This document shows positions 38,270 to 51,946 of a DNA stretch of 64,000 bases, in pieces. The position numbers and the translations under genes are program-made. The notes beneath the pieces were generated by a model. The model was given only the letters and a program-made list of their open reading frames with translations, was not told where the DNA came from and made no database searches. The stretch's first letter is position 1; every line of letters begins with the position of its first letter. Where the stretch lies: NCBI RefSeq assembly GCF_963921235.1, contig NC_086107.1, forward strand, positions 108,192,001 to 108,256,000. The letters are read 5' to 3'. Source of the stretch: Mobula hypostoma. Its lineage: Eukaryota.

Positions 38270-39025
38270 GGTGAAACAGGTAGACAGCAATGAAGATTGT
38301 ATGGAAAGGTTGCCTTCATGGGTCAAGGCAATGTGTACAAGAGATGGGACATCATGTTACAACAGTACCAGGTGATGGTAGGTGTGCAATTCAGATGGAA
38401 TCAAGGTGTAAAGGGAGCAGAATTGACCCGCAAGGATATTGCCAGCTTGAGTTGTAAGGAGGAGATTGGATTGGCTGGAACTTTTTTCCCTGGAGGGTAA
38501 GAGGTTGACGTGTGACCTTAAAGATGTTCATAAAATCATGAAGGGCATGGATAAGGTGGATCGTCACAGACATTTCCCCAGGGCAGCAGACTCCAAAGCT
38601 AGAGGGTATAGGTTTAAGTTGTGACTGGAAAGATTTAAGGAGGACAGGCTTATAAAATCATGAGGGACATAGATAAGGTGGATTGTCACAGATTTTTCCC
38701 TAGGGTAGCAGAGTCTAAAACTAGAGGGTATAGGGCTTAAGTTGAGACAGGAAAGATTTAAGGTGCACATGCTGAAGAAGAAGATTCTTCACTCTGAGGA
38801 TGGTGTGAGTGCAGAACAAGCTGCCCGTGGAAGTGGTAGATGCAGGTTTAATTGTAATATTTAAGAGAAGTCTGAATAGGTGCATGGATGACAGAGGTAT
38901 GGAGGGATATGTTCTGGGTGCAGAAAAGTGGAACCAGGTGGAAGACCTGATTCTTTGTCTCAGGTTGGCATGGACTAGATGGGCCAAAAGGCCTACTTCT
39001 CTGCTGTAGTACTCTTTGAATCTAT
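38270..39025 (+). mobile_element. CR1 fragment with internal ~125-bp tandem duplication
   Basis: CR1 RT C-terminal motifs; ATAAAATCATGA...GAAAGATTTAAGG occurs twice. Confidence 0.75.
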
Positions 39026-40724
39026 GCTTCACTCACTGAGTTCCTCCAGCAGGTTGCTTGTTGCTTTGAATACCAGTATCTATGGTCTCTCGTGTCTCCA
39101 CACATTTTCTACATTTAAAAGAATGAGAGGCCAACTCATTGAAACATATACAATTTTCACAGGGCTAATCAGGGAAAGTGCAGGGAGACATTCTTTTTGT
39201 GGAACAGCATAGAACTATTTTCCATTGTCTCAGAGAAACAAAGGGGTAACTATTTAGGACAGGGATGTGCAGAAAACATCCGCAGTCAGAGGTTTCTCCA
39301 TCTGAGAATGTTCTGTGGGCTCAGTCACTGACTTCACACAAAGTAGAGATCAATAGCTTTCTTAAGCAAAAAAAAAACACTGGAAAATCTCGAACAGTAG
39401 GCAGCATCTGTAATAAAGGAATGTGGAAGAAAATTTCAAATATAGGGTTTAAAGAGCTGTGTTTTGCTAGAGCTTTGCAACCTTGTGGACATCCTGTGTT
39501 TTCACAATAAAGTTGCAAGTCTACATAACTAAGATAATTGTGCTGGCCATTAATACTCCTTAGAGTGATATCACAGCTGCACAAATAGGTAAGGGTGGAC
39601 AGATGATCCACAAATCATGAGAAAAACATTAATGAACTGCCAACTCTTTGTCTTGCTAATGGAGGGGGGTGGTTTCACTCACTTGTCTGTTACTAGATAT
39701 AAGCACAAGCTGATTTCCCTGTAACTCAGAGCTCCACCCAAGTGGACTTTCTGTGATATTCTGCCAAAGTAAAAGATTCACCACTTGAAGTCTGGTATCG
39801 AGCTTTATTTTACAATCTCCCTGAAAAAGAAACAGTGGTTCACGTCCGTTAAACTTCGTCGGGAGAAGGAAAGGGAGAGATGTGAGTAGGTTTTATGTAT
39901 AAGGGAAAGGACGTGCAGAACAAACAGAGTGTCGTGACAGAAACCTAATTCAACAGATAATGTTTCGTTATCTGCGATGGTACTAATTCTCCAGGTCACT
40001 GTTACAAAGAACTTCTCTGGACTAGTAGTTACGAAACTGAAGTAAATTTTTTGAACAAGTTCCTGGAGGATCATGAAGCAAAAAAACTGTATATGCTGGA
40101 ATAGGAAAGTAAAATGCTTTAAGTACAATAGCAGATAAAGCAGCATCTGTAGAGGAATGGAGTTCCTCCGAGCAGATAGTAGTGTAGAGCTAATTGTCAC
40201 TATATTAGCATTCTGACTTTAGTGTACAAGATAGAAATGAATGCCACAGTTGCACAATACTTTAGAGGGGCTGCAGAGGAGGTTTACCAGGACGCTACCT
40301 GGATCAGAGAGCATGTTTTATGAGAAAAGGTTGAACAAGCTAGGGTTTTTCTCTTTGAAGTGAAGGAGGATGAGAGGAGACTTGATAGAGGTGTATAAAA
40401 TGGGAAGAGGCATTGATCGAGTGGACAGCCAGAGACTTGTTCCCAGGGTAGAAATGACTGATACAAAGAGGCATAAGAGGTCTTGGGAGGAGGATGTCAG
40501 AGGCAGGTCTTTTAAACATAGAGTGGTAACAGTGTGGGACGCCTGTCGGGGTTAGTGGTAATGGCAGGTACATTAGGAACATTTAAGAAACTCTTCAATA
40601 GGCACACAGGCAATAGAAAAATGGAGGGCTATGTAGGAGGAAAGGGTTAGATCGATCTTGGACAGGGTTAAAAGGTTGGGGCAACACCATGGGCTGCAGG
40701 GTCGGTACCATGCTGTAATATCGT

Positions 40725-40990
40725 GGCCAGCACGGTAGCGTAGTGGTTAGCACAACACTTTACAGTACAGATGACCCGGGTTCAATTCCCATTGCTGCCT
40801 GTAAGGAGCTTGTACATTCCCCCCGTGACCACATGGGTTTCCGCTGGGTGTTCCAGTTTCCTCCCACATTCCAAAGATGTACCATTTGTAAATTGATTAG
40901 GTTGGGATTAAATTGGTTTGTTGCTATGCGGTGAGGCTCGAAGGATCAGAAAGCCTACTCCGAGCTGTAGGTCAATAAATAAATAAGTAA
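40725..40990 (+). mobile_element. V-SINE (HE1-like); similar copies near 12185, 17305, 22030, 57470
   Basis: tRNA head GGTAGCGTAGTGGTTAG...GGTTCAATTCC; V domain ending GTTTCCTCCCACATTCCAAAGA. Confidence 0.75.
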
Positions 40991-43900
40991 ATATTCCATG
41001 CTTTATGAAATTCCCTGGAAGGATTCTAGGGAAGAGGAAATCACCGGAGGGATGTTGAGGATGGTCTTGGGTCAGTGCGTTGCTGTAATCTGGAACTCTG
41101 ATAGGGCGGTCTGTGTGATACTATTCTACATTTTAAGATAAGGCAATCAATATGAAAACTGGCCAAAATTTCACAGTGACTGAGAGGATTTAAGGAAAAT
41201 GAACGAGGGAGGTGGGAGGATGGCTGGATTCTTTAACAGGTGGGTGTCATCTGCTCTGTTAATTAAAAGAAGAGATGCACATATCTCACCCATGCCACAA
41301 CAGATCTAGTGGATAATCTCAGGGAGTCAAAAATGGAAAGTCTCCAAATCCCGTTACTTAAATGGTATAAAATTCAAGAACAATGATTGAAAGCAACAAT
41401 CAGTGTGTTTCATTGCTTGTTGGGTTTGGGCCAACATTAATTTCTGTCTCTTATCTCTCTTCCAGGGGATGGTGAGTCACTTCTTGGTAGCATAGCATCT
41501 AATTTTAGAGGGCAATTAAGTATTTCTACATTCCCCTGAGGGTGAAGTCCCAAGCCCCAGACCAGGCACGATCTCCTTCTTAAAAGAACGTCAGTGAACA
41601 AAATTTGTCATCCGTTTCACAGCCACCAAACAAACAGCTCAGGTATAACATTAAAATGTGACCTGGCTGGCCAACATGAACCCAAGCTGAGCCTCAAACT
41701 CTGATTTATTTTCCAAACCTGACCCGGCTATTACAAATTCTAACACACTATTGGCCAGTGGAAAGATGAAATACCCAAGTTTATCAAGAGCAGTGGAAAC
41801 ATTAAGTTCAATAGTTCAAAGTAAATTTATTATCAAAGTACATATATGTCACCATTTACTAACCTGAGATTCATTTTCTTGCAGACATTCACAGCTGAAC
41901 AAAGAAATACAATAACAAACACTGTAAAACCACACACAAAGACTGCCAAACAACCAATGCATAACGGACAAACTGTGCGAGGTCAAACAAGTAAATAAAT
42001 AATACTGAGGACGTGAGTTGTAGTGTACTTGAAAGTGTTGAGATGAGTGAAGTTATCTGCGCTGGTTCAGGAGCCTGATTGTTATAAGCAGGGGTTCCAA
42101 ACCTTTTTTATGTCGTGGACTCCTACCGTTAACTGAGGGATCAATGGAACCCAGGTTGGGAACCCCTGCTATAAAGTATTAACTGTTCCTGAAGCTGGTG
42201 GTGTGGGACCTAAGGCTCCTGTACCTCCTTCCCGGTGGCAGCAGTGAGAAGAGAGCATGGCCTGGATGGTGGAGGTCCTTGATGATGGATGCTGCTCTTT
42301 TGTGGCAGTGCTCCTTCAGATATGCTCAATGGTGAGGAGGGTTTTTCCTGTGATTAACACGTTTATCCCACATTATTTGGGTAACGGAAATGAAGCCTTC
42401 ATTGAACATGGTGGAAAACTCATGTCACTGGACAAATTGTCAAAGCAAGCTACAAAGCTTTTGGACAAGTAACAAAATCACAAAGTGCCTTTTAAAGGCA
42501 CAAGAGTCTGGAGCAACACACTAAGTGTTGGAGGAACTCAGTGGGTCAGGCAAATTCTATGGAGGGAAATAGACTATCTGTCTGAAGGATCTTGACCCAA
42601 AACATCAACTGTCCATTTCTCTCCATAGATGCTGCCTGACCCTTCTGAGTTCCCCAGCACCTTGTGTGTTGCTCACAACATCCATTCCTTCACATTCATT
42701 TAATTATGGAAGTGGTTCCTCAAAGTTGTTATAGCCGGAGGTGGTAGTGGGGACAACGGTGTGCGCCTCAAATAGCCCCTGATAACCAGGTCCAGCTCCT
42801 GGCCTTCACGTGTGGCTTAATTACTAAGCCAAGATCGCTTTGGAGAGATGGGGCTCGTCTGCTTTGGTTGACAGCTCATCTAGGAGAAGGAAAACTCTGA
42901 TCTTCAACTTCCACTGCCTTCCAGCTGTACCCGCTCATGGGAAAGCTTTGGGAGTAAACCCTGAGGGAAAATTCCGGAGCTGCAGTCCCTAAGACAATAG
43001 ACAATAGGTGCAGGAGTGGATCATTCAGCCCTTCGAGCCGGCACCGCCATTCACTGTGATCATGGCTGATCATCCACAATCAGTATCCAGTTCCTGCCTT
43101 CTCCCCATCAGGCAGTCTTACATTGAATGCAACGCTGACTGGGAACCCCGGCGACACTGCTGGTACCAAACTGCATAGGTCTCTGCTGTTCCTTTGGGCT
43201 CATCAGATGCATGGAGAGGGGGATTTTTATTACAGGGGCAACAACTTGCTGTCCATATCGTACTGCCCAGGCTTGCATATCTAGACAGCTGGGATGCAAT
43301 ATCTATGGTCAACTCTGACTGATGGAGGCTCTCACCTCCCCTCACATTTATTAAAGTACAGCACAGAATAGGCCATTCCGGACCTTCAAGCAGCACTACC
43401 CAGCAACCATGATTTAACCCCAGCCTAATCACCAAACAATCTATAATAACCAATTAACCTACTAACTGGTATGTCTTTGCACTATGGGAGGAAACCAGGG
43501 CACCCAAAGAAAACCCACCCATTCCATGGGGAGGACAGACTGACTCCTCATAGGTGATGTTGGAATTGAATTCTGAACTCCATTGCTCCGAGCTGTTCTA
43601 CTGTCACGTCAACCACTACCGCTACCGTAACCATGATGCCTTTGCTGCCTATAAAATAGGAGATGGAGGAAGAAAGACTGATGGACAGTCGGGATTTATC
43701 CTGTTGGGAAACGAGAAGGCTCCTTTCTGACTGGCAGTTGAAAGATGCCGGGAAGGTGGACGTGTTAAGTGAGTTTTGATGAAACTCTGAGGGAGGACTA
43801 GTTGGGGCAGAACTAGTTATACATAATATTTCAAACGGGATGTTTGCAATTGAGGTTTGCAACTTGTGCCAATTTTGTTATGTCTTTAGATCCTTTTCAA

Positions 43901-44454
43901 AGTTCGAAGTAAATTCATTATCAAAGTACACATGTGTCATTTTCTTGTGGGCATTCACAGTAAGACAAATAAATACAATGGAATCAATGAAAAACTACAC
44001 ACAAACAATGACTGACAAACAAATAATGTGCAAAAGAAGACAAACTGTAAATAAAAAAAAGTAAATAAATAATACTGAGAACATGAGTTGTGGAGTCCTT
44101 GAAAGTGAGTCCATAGTTGTGAAATCAGTTCAGAGTTGAGGTGAGTGAAGTTATCCACACTAGTTCAGGAGTCTAATGGTTGAAGGGTAATATCTATCTG
44201 TTCCTGGTGGGGTGAGAGATAAGACTCCTGTACCTTCTTCCTGATGACAGCAGCGAGAAGAGAGGAAGGGCTGAATGGTGGGGATTCTTGATAATGGATG
44301 TTACCTGTATGATAAAGGACTCCTGATTCTGAATTTACTTCTTCAAAGCCTTGGCACCTTATATGGCCCCCTCCACTGCACTACTAGATGTAATATTATA
44401 TTCTGCATTCTGTAAACTGGGTTTTCTTTGTGCACTACTTTGACATATTTTGGA

Positions 44455-45125
44455 ATTCATTGAAAGTGCCGTCACAGGTAGATAGGATGGTATAGAAAGC
44501 TTGTTGGCACATCGACCTTCAGAAATCACAGTTGTGAGTACAGGAGATGGGATGTTATGTCGAAGCCGTATAAGACATTGGTGAGGTCTAATTTGGAGTA
44601 TTGTGTGCAGTTTTGGTCACCTACCTACAGGAAAGATGTAAAGAAGGTTGAAAGAGCATAGACAAAAATTTACAAGGACGTTGCCGGGTCTGGAGGACCT
44701 GAGTTATAAAGGAAGATTGAATAGGTTAGGACTTTATTCCTCGGAACGCAGAAGATTGAGAGGAGATTTGATACAGGTAAACAAAATTATGAGGGGTATA
44801 GATAGGATAAATACAAGCAGGCTTTTTCCGCTGAGGTTGGGTGGGACTACAACTAGAGGTAATGGGTTAAGGGTGAAAGGTGAAAAGTTTAAGGGGAACA
44901 TCATATGAAACTTCTTCACTCAGAGGGTCATGAGAGCGTGGAACGAGCTGCAGTGCAAGTGGTGCATGCGAGCTCGATTTCAACGTTTAAGAGAAGTTTA
45001 GATAGGGACATGGATGGAAGGGGTGTTGAGGGCAATGGTCCCTATACAGACATTTTAAATGGCTTGGCACAAACTGGATGGACTGAAGGGCATGTTTCTG
45101 TGCGGTAATTTTCTATAGCTCTATG
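44455..45125 (+). mobile_element. CR1 LINE 3' fragment
   Basis: LVRSNLEYCVQFWSP, FTRTLPGLEDLSYKGRLNRLGLYS, TTCTATAG tail. Confidence 0.85.
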
Positions 45126-45947
45126 GCTTTCTGAACGATCTGTCTGAATGGTGAGCAAAGGTTTTCTCCTTACCCCAGTACATGTGATAATAATCCAGTT
45201 ACATTAAAAGGGGACTTATATACTTTTATACCTAAAGGAACAGACACAAAATTCTGGAGGAACTCAGTAGGTCACGCAACATCAATGGAGAGGACTGAAC
45301 AGTTGACATTTTGGGATGAGACCCTTCATCATACCTATTGTAGGTATCAAAATGAACTTAATTTTGTAGGTATTGTAAATTCTGCAGGTATTCAATGAAC
45401 TACATTGAACGCTACTGTAAGTACTGAAGGATCAGTCGACATTTCAGGCCAAGACCCTTCCCATACCTATTGTAGTATTCAGGACTTCTTACAGAGCTTT
45501 GCTGCTGATTGTGATGTAGGAAAATTAGCAGGCACTCCTGTGCACAGCAAGATCCCACCAAGAGGATGCAATAGGTTAGTGAGTGGGATTGAGTGATGAT
45601 GACCAAATCCCTTTCTCTCCTTAAAAATATCAAGTCGACATTTGTTGCTGAGGATATCGATAGGACCTCAATTCTGTATTACATCCAAAAGATAACATCT
45701 CTTTCAATGCGATCTTCCCTCAGCACAGCATTGGGCTTTTGTGTTCAAGTCTCTGGAAAGGTCTTGAACACACAATCTTCCCACTGAGCAGAAAGAGAGT
45801 TCTGCCCAGTGAACCACGGCTCAGAAGCTCTTTGGCAAGTATGCCATCGTCTGTTCAAATAGGAGAGACAACACCTACTTCACCTCCTCCATCCACACCT
45901 CAATACCATGTGTTGAATGTGGCCCAGATGTGCCATGTGATTCTTAC

Positions 45948-46141
45948 CAGTGATTTCTGATCGAAGTTGACCCTTGTCAGTGAGGTTATGCTGCTCTTCC
46001 TGGATCCCGTGAAGCTCCGGAAGTTTTCCGGCTGTAGAGAAGTCCTCGATGAGGTTATGATTCCTGATCCTATTGATTGGTTCTGGGGCGCCAGGTCCAA
46101 GTGCCCATTGGGGGTCATTGTAATTGAGCATCCTTTCACCT
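45948..46141 (-). CDS. CACNA1I: Cav3.3 coding exon F (II-III linker)
   Basis: TTCAG|AG acceptor, CTG|GTAAGA donor; 194 nt; EVKGCSITMTPNGHLD...GSRKSSITSLTRVNFDQKSL (MTPNGHL and GSRKSS are Cav3.3-like). Confidence 0.92.
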
Positions 46142-46789
46142 CTGAATCCATGAAAAACGAATGGAAAACCAGCATTAGACATTGCTCAGGAACTGTACTA
46201 TCATCATCATTATCATTATCATCATCATCACTAGTATGTGCCATGTTGTATTGATGTTGGCAATCATGGTCTTACCCATAACCAAGATTATTGGCAAATT
46301 AGCAAATTTCTCTACTGAAGTGATTTGCCATTATGTTCTTCTAGGCGGTGTCTGTTCAAGACAGGTGACCCCAGTCATTATCAATACTTTTCAGAGATTG
46401 TCTGCCTGGCATCAGTGGTCTCATAACCAAGATTTGCAATGAGCACCAGCTGCTCATACGACCAGAGGTTCATTTATTATCAAAGTATAGAACTCTGAAA
46501 TTCTTCTTCTCCGGATAGCCATGAAACCGAGAAAGAAAAGAACGGCAGCACCATCATCGACCCCCAAATCCCTCCTTCCTGCACAAAAATTGAACAAAAA
46601 TGGAACAGGGACATCAACTCCCAAATTCCCCTCTTCTGCACACACAAAAAAACCCGAGAAATATCGGGTGAGAAACAGAATATAAAAAAACTGTAAGACA
46701 GGGAAAAGTCTATAGTCCAAGTCCACAACCAAAATGCAGAAAACCTGGATAACCTTCTCCAGGCACAGCAGCAGTCTTTTCCCTCTATT

Positions 46790-46965
46790 GGAACAGAGCA
46801 ATGCCACCAACCAGTAAAAGGCAGTCTCCCTTCTCCAGTAGCAGAGCGATCCCACCAGTGATCAAAAGGCTGTTTCCCCTCTCCATAGTAGAGCGATCCC
46901 ACCGGTGATCAAAAGGCTGCCTCCCCTCTCTGTAGCAGAGTGATCCCACCAGCGATCTAAAGGCA
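46790..46965. repeat. ~46-bp tandem repeat, about 4 copies
   Basis: AGAGCGATCCCACCAGTGATCAAAAGGCTG..CCCCTCTC repeated. Confidence 0.75.
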
Positions 46966-48094
46966 GGGAGCCATCTTGACCTTCCACCACCTGCTCCCGT
47001 AGTTTCACATGACTCTGATCAGGATGGGGGAATAGGCAGGTGCTACACCTTGCCCAAGGGTCTTCCACCTGCCAGGCTAATGGAGGGAAGGAGCACCTCC
47101 TTTGGCAGAGAAGAATCTCCACCCTGATACCCAAACTTTACTATATCAGTATACCAGTTCCAATCCCAACAGGGAAGGGCACAAACTATCAGGTTCTTGA
47201 ATCGGTTCTTGAATCTGTTCTTGAACCACAGCATTGGAGCACTGTAGACCACCTCTTGCATAGATTCAGGTTGTGCTAATGTCTTGTTTTTCATTGTCTT
47301 TTTCTCTTCAATATCTGATATAATTTACATCTGTGCTGTCTGAGCCTACGTGCCCGTGATGCTGCAGCCAGCAAACCTGTACCTCTCCGATCTTGCGCAC
47401 CTGACCATAAACTCAACTTGGGCTGGAATGAATGGACCGGCCAGGTTGAGAAGCTGACCTGCCTCATAACCGGGCTGCTGCATTAGCTGGGACATCTCAG
47501 TGTCTGGTCCATACATAGTCAGTGCAGGATCTCACAGGTGGCCATCCGGCCCTTCGTGCCTGTGCTAGCTCTTTGAAAGAGTTAGCCACCCCACATTCAT
47601 ACAGGATTTATTCAATGACCAATATTGAGTTCCTAAAAAATCCACTTCCACCACCCTTTCCAGATCTCAGCAACTCACTTCATTAGGAGATGGTTCCTTA
47701 GCTCATTCTCTGGTCCATCCACCCTCGCAGAACATGCCCTCCCGACTCTTCGAGATGCACCCTAGCCTAATCACAGGACAATTTACAATGACTAATTAGT
47801 CTACTAACCGGTACGTCTTTGGACTGTGGGAGGAAACTAGAGTACCCAGGGGAAACCCAAGTATTCTATGGGTGGGGGGGGGGGTCACACAGACTCCTTA
47901 CAGATGACTCCAAACTGTAATAGCATCACTCAAATCACTACACCACCATGGCACCCAATCTTGCTCCACTGATGACCAATCTCTCTTTCACCGGCAACAC
48001 CTTCCTCCTATCCAAAATTATTATGAGCCCTTCCATCACAGGTACGAGCACCTGCTTTAAGGGTGGGGGAGGGCGGGGGTTCAAGGTGAGTTAC

Positions 48095-48185
48095 CTGATA
48101 AATATTGCATTTCTTTTATCTTCTCACAGTCTTCATAGTTAGTTGAAGTCCGTTCTTCCTCAGAATCCCACTTGTTGGCATTCCC
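48095..48185 (-). CDS. CACNA1I: Cav3.3 coding exon E (start of II-III linker)
   Basis: TACAG|GGG acceptor, G|GTAAC donor; 91 nt; GNANKWDSEEERTSTNYEDCEKIKEMQYLS; aligns to GDANRS..DE motif; phase fits both neighbours; absent from ORF track. Confidence 0.88.
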
Positions 48186-48424
48186 CTGTAGATGGAGGTA
48201 CAAGAAGGTAAGTTAAACACATAGCTGTATGGTAGGGGGGAGGGCATTAAAGGTTATACTTGCCACCTTGGTCAGAACGCACCAACTATCACCTCTGTAT
48301 GACGCTAAGCAATCTGAAGGATGTGCTTAGTAGAAAGTATAAAAACTTTCGTATAAAGTTCAACTCATGTGTCCCAACAATGCATCTCAGCTTTTACCAA
48401 GGTTGGTAATTCCCCTATCTTGGG

Positions 48425-48795
48425 CGGTGGGATGGAGATACGTCTCTACAAAAGGTAAGGCGCTCCTTCCCTCCGCTAGCTTGCAGCTCACCCCTGGGCA
48501 AAGTGTAGCACCTGTTCAGCCCCCATGATCAGGGTTACGCGCAGCCATGACAGCAGGTGGTGGATGGTCGTATGACCCGCTAATGCCTATCACAAGTCCC
48601 GCTTGTGCAACCACTGACGCCAGACAGGCAACCTCTGAAGATAATTGATGGTGGCTGGGGTCACCTGTCTTGTAAAAATGCTGGCCAGAAGAAGGCAATG
48701 GTCGACCACTTCTGGAGAAAAATTGGACAAGAGCAATCATGGTCATGGCAAGGCCATGAGTGCCCATGTCATATGACAGGGCACACAACAAACGA
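48425..48795 (+). mobile_element. Non-autonomous RTE/BovB-tail retroposon (copies near 15460, 46200, 51800-52940)
   Basis: Shared GGAGATACGTCTCTAC head and AGAAGGCAATGG..CCACTTCTG..CCAAGA BovB-like tail. Confidence 0.6.
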
Positions 48796-49573
48796 ACAAA
48801 TTGCCCTATAAACCAGTGGGTCATAGGATCAGAGTCTCATCCATACCAACCAAGGTACCCACCAAGTTAGTTCCATTTGCCCCCAGTTGGTCCATATTCC
48901 TCTAACCATTTCCTACAAACGTACTTGTCCAAGTCCTCTTAAATTTTGTTATGGTACCCACATTAACTACTTTCTGGCAGTTTGTTCAATATGTCCACCA
49001 CCCTCTGCATGAAGAAGATGCATCCTGTATCCCTTTTAATTCCTTCCTGTCTCACCTTAAACGTACAGTATGCTCTTCTGTTTTGATTGCTTTACCTTGA
49101 GAAAAATCGTGGTGAGCATTCACCCTATCTGTACCTCTCATGATTTTATTCACCTTTATAAGGTCATCCCTCAGTCTCCTATGTTCCAATGAATAAATTC
49201 CTGGACTGCCCAACCTCCCGCTCTATAGCTCAGGTCCCTGAGTTCTGGCTGGCAACATTCTTTCCAACTAAATGACTTCTTTCTTATAATAGGGTGACCA
49301 AAACTGTACACAACCTTCCAACTGTGGCTTCAGAAGAAAATGAATCTCAGGGTTGTATGTGGTGACAACCCTGAGATAATAATAAAACTTACTCTGAACT
49401 TTGGACTTCTTCGCACTTTTGTAGCAGATGGCTAGGGGAAGCAGGAAGGGAGGCTTATGCCTAGAGAATTCAGGAGGGATGGAAGGAATAGTAAGCCCAC
49501 CATCCAGTCTCTGGAACGGGATCTGAAAGTTCCTTCCATGACAGTGAAGAAGCATAGGACTGCAACCTCTTAC

Positions 49574-49729
49574 CTCTGCCTGAAAGCCCTCCACCAAGAT
49601 AGCGACTAGAAGGTTGAAGAGCACGTAGTTGCCAAATGTCATGAGCGCGACAAAGTACAAAGCAGCCCAAGGCGAGGTGGAAGCCATTCCGTTGTAAAGC
49701 ACGACATTCCAGTCCTCCTGAGTCAGGAT
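49574..49729 (-). CDS. CACNA1I: Cav3.3 coding exon D (domain II P-loop and S6)
   Basis: CACAG|ATC acceptor, GAG|GTAAGA donor; 156 nt; [52 protein letters not shown] (TQEDW filter). Confidence 0.97.
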
Positions 49730-49927
49730 CTGTGGAGGGGATTAGGCGGGAGAGGGCGGGCCAGCAGCAAACAGAGGCAGGGAGTTTGGGAGAGAGAAAG
49801 GTGAGAGAGCCATAAGTTCCATTATTCTCCAAACAATATCACTTATAGATTATTACATTGCACTCAGGGTTGGTAGATTTTTTCACACTTATGATATAGT
49901 CAGGGGATTGGCATTAGACTGAACATC

Positions 49928-50255
49928 CAATATCCCCTCTAAGCTGTTCATGTGTGGGCACACACACATCTTTTGCTACTAGCGCACAAAAGCTTGTCAC
50001 CCTCGACCTCATTGGCATGTTAAGTATATTTCATGAGCGTACACAATCACATTTCCTGTCTCAGTTTCTGATGCAGACGGCGTTGACACATGAGGAGTTT
50101 GCCATGATTTGTTTGCAGGTTTTAGAGCTGACTTATTTATACAGTTTTTATTGAGGAAATTATTCAGTGCGCACGTGTTGTTGTCACTGGGTAAAAAAAT
50201 CACGCAGCACAAGATTTTATGCGCACACTGTCATTGCAAATTAGAGGGAATACTG
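49928..50255. mobile_element. MITE with hAT-like termini
   Basis: TIR CAATATCCCCTCTAA / TTAGAGGGAATACTG; no clear TSD. Confidence 0.6.
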
Positions 50256-51946
50256 GTCATACCTGTCCAAGTGCTTTATATGGAGGTACAGTATCGATTA
50301 TGTTAATTCCCCTAGACCAGGGGTTCACAATTTGAGGTCCACGGACCTCTTGCTTGATGGTATCGGTCCATGGCATAAAAAAGATGAAGTAGACTATTTA
50401 ACGTAGAACAGTGCAGCCAAAGTGTCCAGACTCATTTACCCTTTCTCAAAGAAACTTTGACGAGACAAGCATGCCAAAATTGCTAGAATCTAATTCATTG
50501 CTGAGCTAATTTCTGATTCAAGTGCTGTGTGCAACATCTCATAACACCTTTGGAGTCACCTTAGCACAGCAGTTGAAGTGACACAGATACTGGGAGCACT
50601 CGAGTGTATCGCAGCCCTGGCCGGAGGAAATGTGGAGGGACTGCAAGTGAAGTAAAAGCCAAATGGTCAATTGTATCCTTCCAACTCAATGGGAAGAGAA
50701 AGAGAGGAAAAGCCCAAGCATCATGAGAATGCGAGGGCACCAAGAGTGGCAAGAAAGTGGGAACTGCTGAAGTGGGATATTGATTATATACTACCCACTC
50801 CATAGGCATTAAGTAAAACCTTATTCAAATTAAAGAAGTCATGAGTATCCACATTGGCCAATTGATTGTAGGGAGAAACTCATCAGACTTGTCAGAGAAT
50901 CGTGTGATTGATGGATTTACTCCAGTTGTGGTTGGTTGAGTGGTGCTGCAACAACATCATTGCCCTCATCATCAGTAAGACCACGGAATTGATTGTGGAC
51001 ATCAAGGAGGGGAAGTCAGGAGAACACACACTAGTCCTCATGGAAGGGTCCAGTAGTGGAAAGTGCCTGGATGTCAACATCTCTGAGGGTCTGTCCTAGA
51101 CCTTGACCACATGATATAGGAGCAGAATTAGGCCATTTGGCCCATCGAGTCTGCTCCACCATTTCATTATAGTTGATTCATTTTCCTCTCAGCCCAATCT
51201 CCTGCCTTCTCCCCATATCCCTTTCATGCCCTGACTAATCAAGAACCTATCATCCTCTGCCTAAAATATACCAATGACTTGGCCTCCGCAGCTGCTGGTT
51301 GAAGAAATTCCTCCTCACCTCCGTTCTAAAAGGACATCCCTCTATTTTGAGGCAGTGTCCTCTGGTCTTAGACTCACCCATCATACGAAACACCCTCTCC
51401 ACATCCACTCTATCAAGGCCTTCCGACATTCGATAGGTCTCAATGAGGTCATCTCTCATTCTTCCGCATTCCAATGTGTAGAAGCTTAATCATTTTTGTG
51501 AACCTCTTTTGTACCCTCTCCAATGTCAACACATTCTTTCTTAGATAAGGGGCTTGAACTGCTCACAATACTCCAAGTGAGGCCTCACCAGTGCTTTATA
51601 AAGCTTCAACATTACATCCTTGGTCTTGAGTCCAACATATTGATGCAATCATGAAGAAGGCACACTTGTGGCTATAGTTGATTACAAATTTGAGGAGATT
51701 TGGTATGTCACCAAAGGCGCTACCAAATTTCTACTAATGTATGGTAGAGAGCATTCTGAGTGGTTACATCACCGCCCGAAATGAAGGTGTTAATGCTTAG
51801 GTGGAGATACGTCTCTACTAAAGGAGGAATAAGGTGCTCCTTCCCTCCAGTTCACCCTTGGGCAAGGTGTAGCACCTATTTAGCTTCTCCTGTCAAGGTC
51901 ACATGAAGCCATGGGAGCAGCTGGTGCATATCACAAGGTGCATATC

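Noticed and set aside
39805..40200. 131-aa minus-strand ORF in the longest intron
   Set aside because: No homology recognised and no splice signals; exons F and G already join in frame
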